Positions 30,073 through 37,680 of a stretch of DNA of 48,694 nt are shown here, piece after piece. The notes under the pieces are model-generated. The model had not been told where the DNA came from. It searched no databases and saw only the letters and a list, made by a program, of their open reading frames with translations. The stretch is from a bacterium (GTDB taxonomy: Bacteria > Cyanobacteriota > Vampirovibrionia > Gastranaerophilales > JBAXKC01), in assembly GCA_037137535.1 (NCBI GenBank), contig JBAXKC010000022.1, positions 1 through 48,694 of the forward strand, read 5' to 3'. Made by a program: the position numbers and the translations under genes. How positions within the stretch are numbered: the stretch's first letter is position 1; the number at the start of each line of letters is the position of its first letter.

Positions 30073-30897
30073 CTATTGGATGTAATAAATCATTTCTACG
30101 TTGAGATTATTGTTTACATAAACTTCAAAACTATATCTGCCTTTTATCCATTGGTCTTTTGGTCTTGTAATCGATAATACAATATTTTCCGCTTTTGTAG
30201 GGTTTAATTTTACTTTGTTTACTTCAAGTTTATGAGTATTATCAATAAAATAGTTCCATTGTGCGGTTATTTCAGGTGCATTTTCAGCATCGGCAACTTC
30301 AATAAAGCTGTAAATTTTTTCATCATCAAGACTAAAATAAGACTTATTTGTAGTGGCGATATTGTTTTTTAATCCGTTTTTATCTGTTAATAAAACTTTA
30401 CCAATTACACCATTTCCAATAGTTGCTTGTTGTAGTTTTTTAATATTATCCATTATAGTAGTTTTATTTGTATCGTTTGGTCTTAATTCCAAATATTTTT
30501 TGTAATTTCTGATAGCTTTTTCATTGTTATATAACGCTTTATACCCTTCTGCCATATTAAAATATGCATCGGCATTATTTGAATCAATACTGACACATTT
30601 CTCCCAGTTTTCTACTGCTTCTTTATATTCATTATTTGTAGCTAAAATTAAACCAAGATTATAATAACCTTGTGGTAAATCAGGATATAATTTTACAAAT
30701 TCGGTAAATTTGCTTAAAGCTTCGTTTGAAGATTTGTTTTGCATGGATTTTATTCCGTCAGAAAAGAGGACTTTTGCTTCATAAGGCATTTTATAGTAGC
30801 CAAAGTCCTTTTTGTCCATTAAATCTCTTTTCTGATTAAAAGAGCAACCGCTTAGCATTAATATTAGAATTAGACATCCAATTAAATTTTTTTTCAT
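30073..30897 (-). CDS. TPR-containing lipoprotein
   Basis: Lipobox LSGC, about 3 TPRs, beta-rich C-terminal domain. Confidence 0.8.
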   Translation of the reverse strand: MKKNLIGCLILILMLSGCSFNQKRDLMDKKDFGYYKMPYEAKVLFSDGIKSMQNKSSNEALSKFTEFVKLYPDLPQGYYNLGLILATNNEYKEAVENWEKCVSIDSNNADAYFNMAEGYKALYNNEKAIRNYKKYLELRPNDTNKTTIMDNIKKLQQATIGNGVIGKVLLTDKNGLKNNIATTNKSYFSLDDEKIYSFIEVADAENAPEITAQWNYFIDNTHKLEVNKVKLNPTKAENIVLSITRPKDQWIKGRYSFEVYVNNNLNVEMIYYIQ

Positions 30898-31049
30898 TTT
30901 AAATCAATCAATTAAAGTAACTCACTTTAATTAATATTATATTGCAAATTTTTAAGACATATAACAAAATTTTGATTTAAGTTTATGCTTTATTTATGCT
31001 ATTCTATACATCATATGTATTAGACAAATTGAATCTGGAACATTATCAA

Positions 31050-31526
31050 GTGACAATAGCAATTTATCCGGGTAGTTTTGATCCCCTGACAAATGGACAT
31101 TTAGATATATTGGAACGAGCTTCAAAGCTTTTTGACAGAGTGATTATAGCAGTACTTATCAATCCGTCAAAACAGCCCTTTTTGCCAATTGATGATAAAA
31201 TAAAATTAATACAGGAAAGTGTTTCTTGTTTTAAAAATGTTGAAGTTGATAGTTTTAGTGGATTAACTGTTGAATATGCTCGTTTAAAACAAGCTAACGC
31301 TTTGATAAGAGGATTAAGAGCGATTTCGGATTTTGAATATGAAATGCAGATGGCTCAAATGAACAAAAGTCTATACAAAGATCTGGAAACAATATTTTTA
31401 ACGCCAAAACCTGAATTTAACTTTATTTCTTCCAGCTTAGTTAAAGAAATTGCTAAATTAGGTGCAGATATTAGCGAATATGTTCCTGATGTTGTTAATC
31501 AATACCTTTCAATCAAGCTAAAGTGA
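31050..31526 (+). CDS. coaD: Phosphopantetheine adenylyltransferase
   Basis: AIYPGSFDPLTNGHLDI, IRGLRAISDFEYE, ISSSLVKE; start probably GTG 31050. Confidence 0.96.
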   Translation: MTIAIYPGSFDPLTNGHLDILERASKLFDRVIIAVLINPSKQPFLPIDDKIKLIQESVSCFKNVEVDSFSGLTVEYARLKQANALIRGLRAISDFEYEMQMAQMNKSLYKDLETIFLTPKPEFNFISSSLVKEIAKLGADISEYVPDVVNQYLSIKLK

Positions 31527-31538
31527 GGAAAATAAAAG

Positions 31539-31750
31539 ATGAGCGTAAGTATGCTTTACAAATTATTAGATAAAATAGAAGTGATGATTCTACATGGACT
31601 CCCTATTCCGATGACTCCGTTTGTTATCGTTAACAATGAAAAAATACTTGATACTATTGATAAAATTAAAGCATTAATTCCCCGTGAAATAGAGGAAGCT
31701 CAATCTTTACTTAAAAAAAAGTGAATAAATTCACATAGAAACTCAAAGAA
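31539..31750 (+). pseudogene. Truncated duplicate of the 5' part of the downstream DivIVA/Cdv3-like gene
   Basis: Same SD and near-identical first ~60 codons as 31828..; extra A in the A-run gives TGA at 31722-31724; similarity continues to ~31750. Confidence 0.8.
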
Positions 31751-31827
31751 ATGAATACTTTTCAAACAAACTTAAACATGACTAAAAAAACAAATAATAT
31801 TAATATATATAGTGAGGAAAATAAAAG

Positions 31828-32415
31828 ATGAGCGTAAGTATGCTTTACAAATTGTTAGACAAAATAGAAGCGATGATTTTACATGGACTTCCAATTCCTA
31901 TAACTCCGTTCGTTGTGGTAGACCATGAAAAAATACTTGATACTATTGATAAAATTAAAGCGTCAATTCCCGGTGAAATACAGGAAGCTCAATCTTTACT
32001 TAAAAAAAGTGAAGAAATTCAAATAGAAGCTCAAAGAAAAAGTAGACAGTTAATTGAAGAAGCTCAAAGACATGCCGAAATGCTTCTTAGCGAGTCAGAG
32101 CTTTTAAATGCTGTTCAAGCTGAAGCTGATAGAATCAGAAAACAGGTAATTACCGACTGTGAGCAAATTAAAAAACAGGCCATTGAAGAAGCTGAAATGA
32201 TAAAAAGATCATCAATAGAAGAAGCTATTCATATTAGAGAAGGTGCTGATAAATATGCAGAATCAGCATTGGCCAATCTTGATAGAGATTTAGCGGATTT
32301 GCACGCTATTGTAAAAAATGGACAAAAACATTTAGCAAAAACAAGAGCTGAATCACTGTCCTCTATTGCTGCTCACGTCAATAAATCGCAATTTGCAGAA
32401 AAAAATAAAATCTAG
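31828..32415 (+). CDS. Coiled-coil DivIVA/Cdv3-like protein
   Basis: IP.T..V.VD.EKILD.ID.I..SIP.EI.EA followed by EA..I coiled coil and GADKYA..L..L; adjacent to coaD as in cyanobacteria. Confidence 0.7.
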   Translation: MSVSMLYKLLDKIEAMILHGLPIPITPFVVVDHEKILDTIDKIKASIPGEIQEAQSLLKKSEEIQIEAQRKSRQLIEEAQRHAEMLLSESELLNAVQAEADRIRKQVITDCEQIKKQAIEEAEMIKRSSIEEAIHIREGADKYAESALANLDRDLADLHAIVKNGQKHLAKTRAESLSSIAAHVNKSQFAEKNKI

Positions 32416-32432
32416 TTTTCTTATAATGAATT

Positions 32433-32466
32433 TTAAAATCCCCAATTTTGCAATTGGGGATTTTAA
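32433..32466. terminator. Bidirectional terminator
   Basis: 15-bp inverted repeat TTAAAATCCCCAATT / AATTGGGGATTTTAA. Confidence 0.75.
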
Positions 32467-32489
32467 TTTTTTAATATGTGTATATTGGA

Positions 32490-33167
32490 TTAAAAACGAT
32501 TTTTGATTATTTTATCTATCCATATTAAACCCGTATTATTATAATATTCTCTATATTCAGGAAATGTTTCTAAAAGTAAGGACTCTTCAATTTTTATTCT
32601 TAAATACATTAACCCTATATATATGCTTGTAATAATTATTATTGCCATTGATTGAAATAATAAAATATTTAATAATGCCCATATTATATAAATTACATAC
32701 AAGGGATGCCTTGAATATTTATATATTCCTGTTGCTACAACTTTATGCGCTTCGGGAATAACTGTAAGGCAAGATTTTAAACACATTAATGCCCATATTA
32801 ATACAGGATAAGTTATTAAATCAGCTATACCCGCAAATTCCTTTAATAATTTTGAATAAGGAATTTGCAATGGATATGAATTCAGAAAAAATGAGCTGGC
32901 AGTTAATAATAATGTTGCCATTAGGCTTATAGCAACTGCAAAAAAACTTATATCAACATTCTTTGGTTTTTTAAAAAGACTTTTTGTCAGAAAAAATATA
33001 TCTAACAAATTAATAATAATTATAGGCAAGCCCCATAATAAATAAATCGGAGAAAAAGAAAATGTTATTAATTTAATAATAATTACTGAAAGGCACACTA
33101 AGGATGTGGTTAAGTTGCATAAAATTCTTATGAGTAAAGTTGACAAATTATATTCCTTTAACTTCAT
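32490..33167 (-). CDS. Isoprenylcysteine carboxyl methyltransferase/PEMT-like membrane protein
   Basis: Multiple TMs; VVATGIYKYSRHPLY, RIKIEESLL..TFPEY.EY. Confidence 0.8.
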   Translation of the reverse strand: MKLKEYNLSTLLIRILCNLTTSLVCLSVIIIKLITFSFSPIYLLWGLPIIIINLLDIFFLTKSLFKKPKNVDISFFAVAISLMATLLLTASSFFLNSYPLQIPYSKLLKEFAGIADLITYPVLIWALMCLKSCLTVIPEAHKVVATGIYKYSRHPLYVIYIIWALLNILLFQSMAIIIITSIYIGLMYLRIKIEESLLLETFPEYREYYNNTGLIWIDKIIKNRF

Positions 33168-33187
33168 GACTACTGACTTATTTTAGC

Positions 33188-33469
33188 TATATTAATCCAA
33201 TAAAATAATTAACAAAAAACTTGTTTCGATACTGACTAAATTCTTTCATCACAAGAAAATTTCCATGTCTGAAGCCATCGACTAACTTTTTATTTATTGA
33301 AAAATAAAAAGTCAGCAAAAACAAAAAACATAGCCGCTCTGACCGCTACTGGCTTCTTTTCTTACTCCTTGATTTGTTTTACACAAAATGATTTTTGAGA
33401 AAAGAAGCAAACCGCTCGGGTAGGGCACTTTTAAAATTCAATTATCAAAAATTTAGTTGGATTAGTATA
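33188..33469 (-). mobile_element. MITE-like element, copy B (most complete)
   Basis: Terminal inverted repeats TATATTAATCCAA (33188-33200) / TTGGATTAGTATA (33457-33469), 12 of 13 matching; halves homologous to 21012-21121 and 35078-35186; non-coding. Confidence 0.65.
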
Positions 33470-33503
33470 AGTAAATTATTTTATCATAATGTTTCTTTTA
33501 TTT

Positions 33504-34649
33504 CTAATAAAATAGCTTTGGTCTTGTTATATTCAGCTTAAAAAGGCGTTTTTTACGGTGATTAAATTGATACAAATGCCAATATTCCTTTATTGAATCG
33601 TTTCCGCCCCAATAATGTCCAATTTTTTCCCATATAGTTCCTATAATTTTATGTTTCTCTGAATAAGAAAGATTGTTATCAACTTTAATATCAATTGATC
33701 TTCCTAGCTCATGACAACTTTCTCCGGGAATACCAATCATATCATGGGGATAATCGGCTATATACTCATCATAAAAGGATTTTTGTTCAAAATAAGTTCT
33801 TCTTCCACTTATAATATCAAAATGAATGTTTTCATTTTTACAAAAAAAATAAAGTTTGATTGTTTCCTCTTGCATTGTAGCAGTTAAATCTTTAATATGA
33901 TTTATATTCTCTAAGCCAATAAAATCATATAATTCAGAGTTTATATGATTAATTTTATTTTTTACTTTCTCAAAATTATCAGGTAATAAATCAATATAAT
34001 AAAAGCTGTTTCTTAAAGAAATATCCCCTTTTGTAAATAATACAGGCTCTCTAAATATAGGTCCATCAAAAACAAACGTGTGAAATTCTCCGTTTTCACC
34101 GCAAATATCTACATTTGGCGGTAAGTCATTAATAAAATTATAATCTAAAACTCTGCCAACAAATGATTTATCCAATACTTTTGAATCAATGCATGTAATT
34201 ATAGCTTTAAAGCCTAAGTCTAAAAATTCAGTTAAGAGTCTTTTGCTGTCATGTTTCCAGATAGGGAAAATAGCACTCATATTGAATTTTGATAAGGTTT
34301 TTAATCGGTCTGCCCTTAATTCTTCTAGGAAAATATCGCCATAAGCTAAGGTTTTAATATTTTTCTCGCTAATTATTTGTAGTTCTTTTTCTAATTTTTC
34401 GGTAAATTCTTTAACGCTGTTACATGTAGTGATTACTGGGCTATATATTGGAAGATTTAAAGAATGAGCTTGTGCTTCTATTAAAATTCGATGAACTCCA
34501 TGAAAACTAACTCGGTCATATTCAGAAATGGTCGTGAATAGCATATTTACTTCATAATCAGAATATTGTGGATGGCTTAAAAGTTTATAAAGAGCTAAGC
34601 AACTATCTTTGCCCGAACTCCATGAAAAACAGATTTTTTCTTTCATCAT
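33504..34649 (-). CDS. Dph6/MJ0570-like ATP pyrophosphatase fused to an M15-family zinc peptidase
   Basis: N-part: SWSSGKDS PP-loop, YGDIFL, CGENGEFHTFVFDGPIF. C-part: SGRRT..EQ, SCHELGRSID, WGG, EYWH. Start ATG 34649 or 34646 after GGAG. Confidence 0.8.
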   Translation of the reverse strand: MMKEKICFSWSSGKDSCLALYKLLSHPQYSDYEVNMLFTTISEYDRVSFHGVHRILIEAQAHSLNLPIYSPVITTCNSVKEFTEKLEKELQIISEKNIKTLAYGDIFLEELRADRLKTLSKFNMSAIFPIWKHDSKRLLTEFLDLGFKAIITCIDSKVLDKSFVGRVLDYNFINDLPPNVDICGENGEFHTFVFDGPIFREPVLFTKGDISLRNSFYYIDLLPDNFEKVKNKINHINSELYDFIGLENINHIKDLTATMQEETIKLYFFCKNENIHFDIISGRRTYFEQKSFYDEYIADYPHDMIGIPGESCHELGRSIDIKVDNNLSYSEKHKIIGTIWEKIGHYWGGNDSIKEYWHLYQFNHRKKRLFKLNITRPKLFY

Positions 34650-34666
34650 AATCTCCAATAAAAAGC

Positions 34667-34690
34667 AAAAAAAATAGAGCTAACGCTCTA
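34667..34690 (-). terminator. Terminator after tRNA-Ser
   Basis: TAGAGC-GTTA-GCTCTA plus T8 on the minus strand. Confidence 0.6.
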
Positions 34691-34724
34691 ATTATTTAAA
34701 TACTAATTTAAATTTTCTAGAAAA

Positions 34725-34811
34725 CGGAGGAGGTGAGATTCGAACTCACGGTGCAGTCGCCCACACGACGGTTTTCAAGACCGTTCCTTTAAACCGCTCA
34801 GGCACTCCTCC
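34725..34811 (-). tRNA. tRNA-Ser (anticodon UGA)
   Basis: GGAGGAG/CTCCTCC acceptor stem, ACGGT-CTTGAAA-ACCGT anticodon arm, long variable arm, GTTCGAATC T-loop, G discriminator, CCA not encoded. Confidence 0.96.
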
Positions 34812-34962
34812 GAGTTGTTTCCAGTACAATTAATAATATTACATAAAAAAAAATTTACCAGCATTTTTTTAAATATTTTATGATTATTCGGATTTTTTTT
34901 TAATAGCCTTTAATATCAATGGGTTCAATGTAACGTAATATTAAGTATTAATTTAAAAACCC

Positions 34963-34989
34963 TAAAGTTTTAAAAATATCTGCCGATAA
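34963..34989 (+). promoter_or_regulatory. Consensus sigma28 promoter
   Basis: TAAAGTTT-N11-GCCGATAA (TAAA-N15-GCCGATAA), a perfect match to the known FliA consensus. Confidence 0.8.
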
Positions 34990-34996
34990 TAAATAT

Positions 34997-35074
34997 ATAG
35001 ACCAAACAAATGGTCATACCCCAACCTCCTCCCCAAAGTCTGGTAGCCGCCCTAAAAGGTGGCTTTTATTTTTT
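34997..35074 (+). ncRNA. Candidate sigma28-dependent small RNA with a CU-rich (anti-SD-like) linker
   Basis: Promoter, 5' hairpin GACCA/TGGTC, single-stranded CCCCAACCTCCTCCCC, terminator AGCCGCC/GGTGGCT plus T-tract; no plausible coding ORF. Confidence 0.6.
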
Positions 35075-35077
35075 ACA

Positions 35078-35186
35078 AAATAAAAGGTTAATCAATGGCT
35101 TTAAGCATCGAAATGTTCTTAATGATAAAAGAATTCAGTAAATATTGAAATAAGTTTCGCAGGACGTTTTATCTCGGATAGGTATA
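35078..35186 (+). repeat. MITE-like repeat, copy C (right half)
   Basis: Aligns with the reverse complement of 33188-33297; ends in GTATA. Confidence 0.7.
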
Positions 35187-35199
35187 AAAAACTTATAAT

Positions 35200-35229
35200 G
35201 TAAAAAAGACCCTAATGGGTCTTTTTTAC
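35200..35229. terminator. Bidirectional terminator
   Basis: GTAAAAAAGACCC / GGGTCTTTTTTAC. Confidence 0.75.
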
Positions 35230-35439
35230 TTATTTTTTTTCAAATACTTGATATGAGATTGGACAATAGCATTGTTCTGTCATAGATCTGATTGTATTGC
35301 CGAATAAACAAACATTGACTTCACTTCTGAAATAGTTGCAATCATTACAATCATAAGGAATTACATCAGTATTTCTGGCTTTTTTTCTTCGCTTATTATA
35401 GGTTTGCAAAGTTGGTATATGTGTTATTTTTTTTCGCAT
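35230..35439 (-). CDS. Small basic Cys-rich protein (CxxC..C..CxC)
   Basis: AGGGG SD, own sigma70 promoter and terminator. Confidence 0.65.
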   Translation of the reverse strand: MRKKITHIPTLQTYNKRRKKARNTDVIPYDCNDCNYFRSEVNVCLFGNTIRSMTEQCYCPISYQVFEKK

Positions 35440-35453
35440 CTCTACCCCTATAA

Positions 35454-35547
35454 AGTTAGCAGGGTGGTTTTGCGAAGAAATTAAGGAGTGAATACCCTAA
35501 AATCTGTTGAATGTTTAAAACTAAAGTATTGCAAACCCTGCACAACT
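35454..35547 (-). promoter_or_regulatory. Structured 5' leader
   Basis: AGUUGUGCAGGGUUUGC pairs with GCAAAACCACCCUGCUAACU, ending 4 nt before the SD. Confidence 0.5.
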
Positions 35548-35570
35548 ATATGTTTACTAACGTAAACTTT

Positions 35571-35599
35571 ATTATATGAGTTAATGTAGTTTTTTGCAA
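35571..35599 (-). promoter_or_regulatory. sigma70 promoter
   Basis: TTGCAA-N17-TATAAT. Confidence 0.7.
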
Positions 35600-35631
35600 T
35601 ACTTATAGTTAAACAAATCAATATCAGGATA

Positions 35632-35865
35632 CTAATCGCTATTCACTACTAAATTAAGCTTTTGTACTCTTGGCTCGGCTTCAAATAATTCACCGATTGA
35701 ACAACAGATTGCATCACATAATCTGTCCATGTTGTCATAAGATGGCTGAGTTCTTCCATTTGCCCAGGAATAGACTGTTTGTTGAGGCAATCCTAATTCC
35801 TTTGCCAATCTATAAAGACTCCATCCTTGTTTCTTTCTGGCCGTTTCTTTAATTCTAATTTTCAG
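35632..35865 (-). CDS. XRE/Cro-family HTH transcriptional regulator with a CTG start (missing from ORF track)
   Basis: (M)KIRIKETARKKQGWSLYRLAKELGLPQQTVYSWANGRTQPSYDNMDRLCDAICCSIGELFEAEPRVQKLNLVVNSD; SD AAGGTGA upstream; in-frame TGA three codons before CTG. Confidence 0.85.
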   Translation of the reverse strand: MKIRIKETARKKQGWSLYRLAKELGLPQQTVYSWANGRTQPSYDNMDRLCDAICCSIGELFEAEPRVQKLNLVVNSD

Positions 35866-36406
35866 AGCTCTTCACCTTCTCTCAATTATACTTATCACTA
35901 ACCTGAACAAAAATCATGAATTCAATGAATACATGTTTTTGCGTAGTATAAATTATAAGCTACTAGACATATTCATATATCATTATACAAATGATACATA
36001 GGTTCTGATACAGTTCTATTGTATTTTCATATTTGTGTATGAATAGAAAATGATATTTTGTTTTTTTAAATAAAAGCAATATTCAGGCGAATTGTTTTTT
36101 ATAGAGGTTGTTATATTTATTTGTTGAAATATTGGCTATTTAATTCGTTAAGCCTATTGGCATCAATTATCCTAATATAATTAGATTATTAAACAATTAC
36201 ATTCAGTATTTATTTGTTTGTAGAGTAAAGATGTTTTTTTGCTTACAATATGCATAAATTGTTGACTAACTTTTCTCAATAATTATAATTAACTCTAAAT
36301 AATGAAATCTTAAACACTCATTTTAATATGGTTTATAAAGATGTTGATTTAAGACAAATATTTAATTAAAATTAAAGCTCAACAACCTTAATATAAGGCT
36401 AAAATC

Positions 36407-37585
36407 ATGCTCAAAAAAATATTAATATTAACAATATGTTCGATTATTGGAAGCTCGGCAAATGCTGCTCCAAAAGTAAATCACTTTGCGAATGGAGTGA
36501 AATATTACAAAACTGGGGATTATATTAAAGCAAAAGATTCATTGATGTATTCTATAAATGCTGATCCGTCAAATGCACTGGCTCATTATTATTTTGCTAT
36601 GTGTTGCGTGCGTTTTGGTGATGTAGAGTTAGCAAAAAGAGAATATCATACTGTTATTAATTTGAATAAATCAGCAGCAATCGCTACTTATGCCACTAAA
36701 GGGTTAGAATTGCTTGGCGATAAGGTTGAAACTGCTAAAGCTGATGATAATAGTAATAACGGCACTAATGATATTCTTAATGGACAGATTCCTCAAAATA
36801 ATAATCCTAATGCTGCTTATATGCCTGCTTTTAACAATAATAACGGAAACAATAACAGTAATAAAAATCAGAAGGGGAATCTCCCCACATCACCGGGTAT
36901 AATTCCTTCAACAAGCAGTTTGCCTTCTATGTCTCCACCAGGTTATATTCCTCCCGAACAAATGAAAAGAAATCCTATTGATCTGACAAGAAAAGAAAAA
37001 GTAGCTGATACTGCAAAGTATGGATTAGGTGGAAGAAATGAAGGGGTGTATGATCCTCCTAAATATGTAGCACCCGTAAAACCACCAATGTACCCTGTAA
37101 GTAACACTCCACCACCACCAAGCTATTATCAGTCAAAAACAAAATCTTCCGCTGATACTGAGGATATAACTCAACCAAAAGCAATAGAAAAAAATAAAGT
37201 TGCTGATAGTGTAAAAGAAGTCAAAGAAGTTGTTGCTGAGAAAAAATCAACGGATAGTCCTTCCGCAGAAGATATGAAAAAAGCATTGGAAGTATTATCA
37301 AAAGCAGGACTAATGAATAATAACACTATGAACCCTGAAATGATGCAAATGCAAATGATGATGGGAACAATGAATTCTCTTAGCGGAATGAACAATAACA
37401 ATAATTCAATGGGAATGAACCCAATGTCATCAATGATGCCGATGTTAATGTCACAATACGGCAATAAATCGTCAGGAACAGCCGATAGTAATGTAAATGC
37501 AGAATTAATGCAATCTATGATGACAAACATGATGATGCCGAGTATGTTCAACTCAAACAATAATGATAATGGTTCAAATTATTAA
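36407..37585 (+). CDS. Exported TPR protein with Asn/Pro/Met-rich low-complexity tail
   Basis: Signal peptide ending ANA, about 2 TPRs, poly-N, P-rich and M-rich segments. Confidence 0.8.
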   Translation: MLKKILILTICSIIGSSANAAPKVNHFANGVKYYKTGDYIKAKDSLMYSINADPSNALAHYYFAMCCVRFGDVELAKREYHTVINLNKSAAIATYATKGLELLGDKVETAKADDNSNNGTNDILNGQIPQNNNPNAAYMPAFNNNNGNNNSNKNQKGNLPTSPGIIPSTSSLPSMSPPGYIPPEQMKRNPIDLTRKEKVADTAKYGLGGRNEGVYDPPKYVAPVKPPMYPVSNTPPPPSYYQSKTKSSADTEDITQPKAIEKNKVADSVKEVKEVVAEKKSTDSPSAEDMKKALEVLSKAGLMNNNTMNPEMMQMQMMMGTMNSLSGMNNNNNSMGMNPMSSMMPMLMSQYGNKSSGTADSNVNAELMQSMMTNMMMPSMFNSNNNDNGSNY

Positions 37586-37680
37586 TTTTGTTTAAAAAAA
37601 AATAATTTTTACTGTACTTAGGCAATTTTTAATGTATACTTTACTTTAATTTAGTACAGATCAATTCAAGGATAATTAAA

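Noticed and set aside
34725-34811. Selenocysteine or suppressor tRNA
   Set aside because: Anticodon is UGA (reads UCA, Ser), not UCA; ordinary 7-bp acceptor stem
34883-34910. Possible sigma28-like promoter (TAAA-N16-TCCGAATA) toward tRNA-Ser
   Set aside because: Spacing and -10 box deviate, and a sigma70-like -10 lies closer to the tRNA
20955-35186. CRISPR array or integron attC interpretation of the dispersed repeats
   Set aside because: Copies are kilobases apart, in both orientations, with no regular spacers, cas genes, integrase or RYYYAAC/GTTRRRY core sites
33188-35186. Composite transposon bounded by repeat copies B and C
   Set aside because: Copies are diverged, enclose a core tRNA, and no transposase or clear target duplication is seen
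35454-35547. 6S RNA, SRP RNA or a known riboswitch
   Set aside because: Too short for 6S, no SRP GGAA/GCAG core, no c-di-GMP, c-di-AMP, SAM or TPP consensus recognisable by eye; kept only as an unknown leader
35670-35852. 60-aa plus-strand ORF in the track
   Set aside because: Antisense to a clear XRE HTH gene
35960-36045. Imperfect AT-rich inverted repeat upstream of the XRE gene
   Set aside because: Many bulges in very AT-rich DNA; cannot be distinguished from chance
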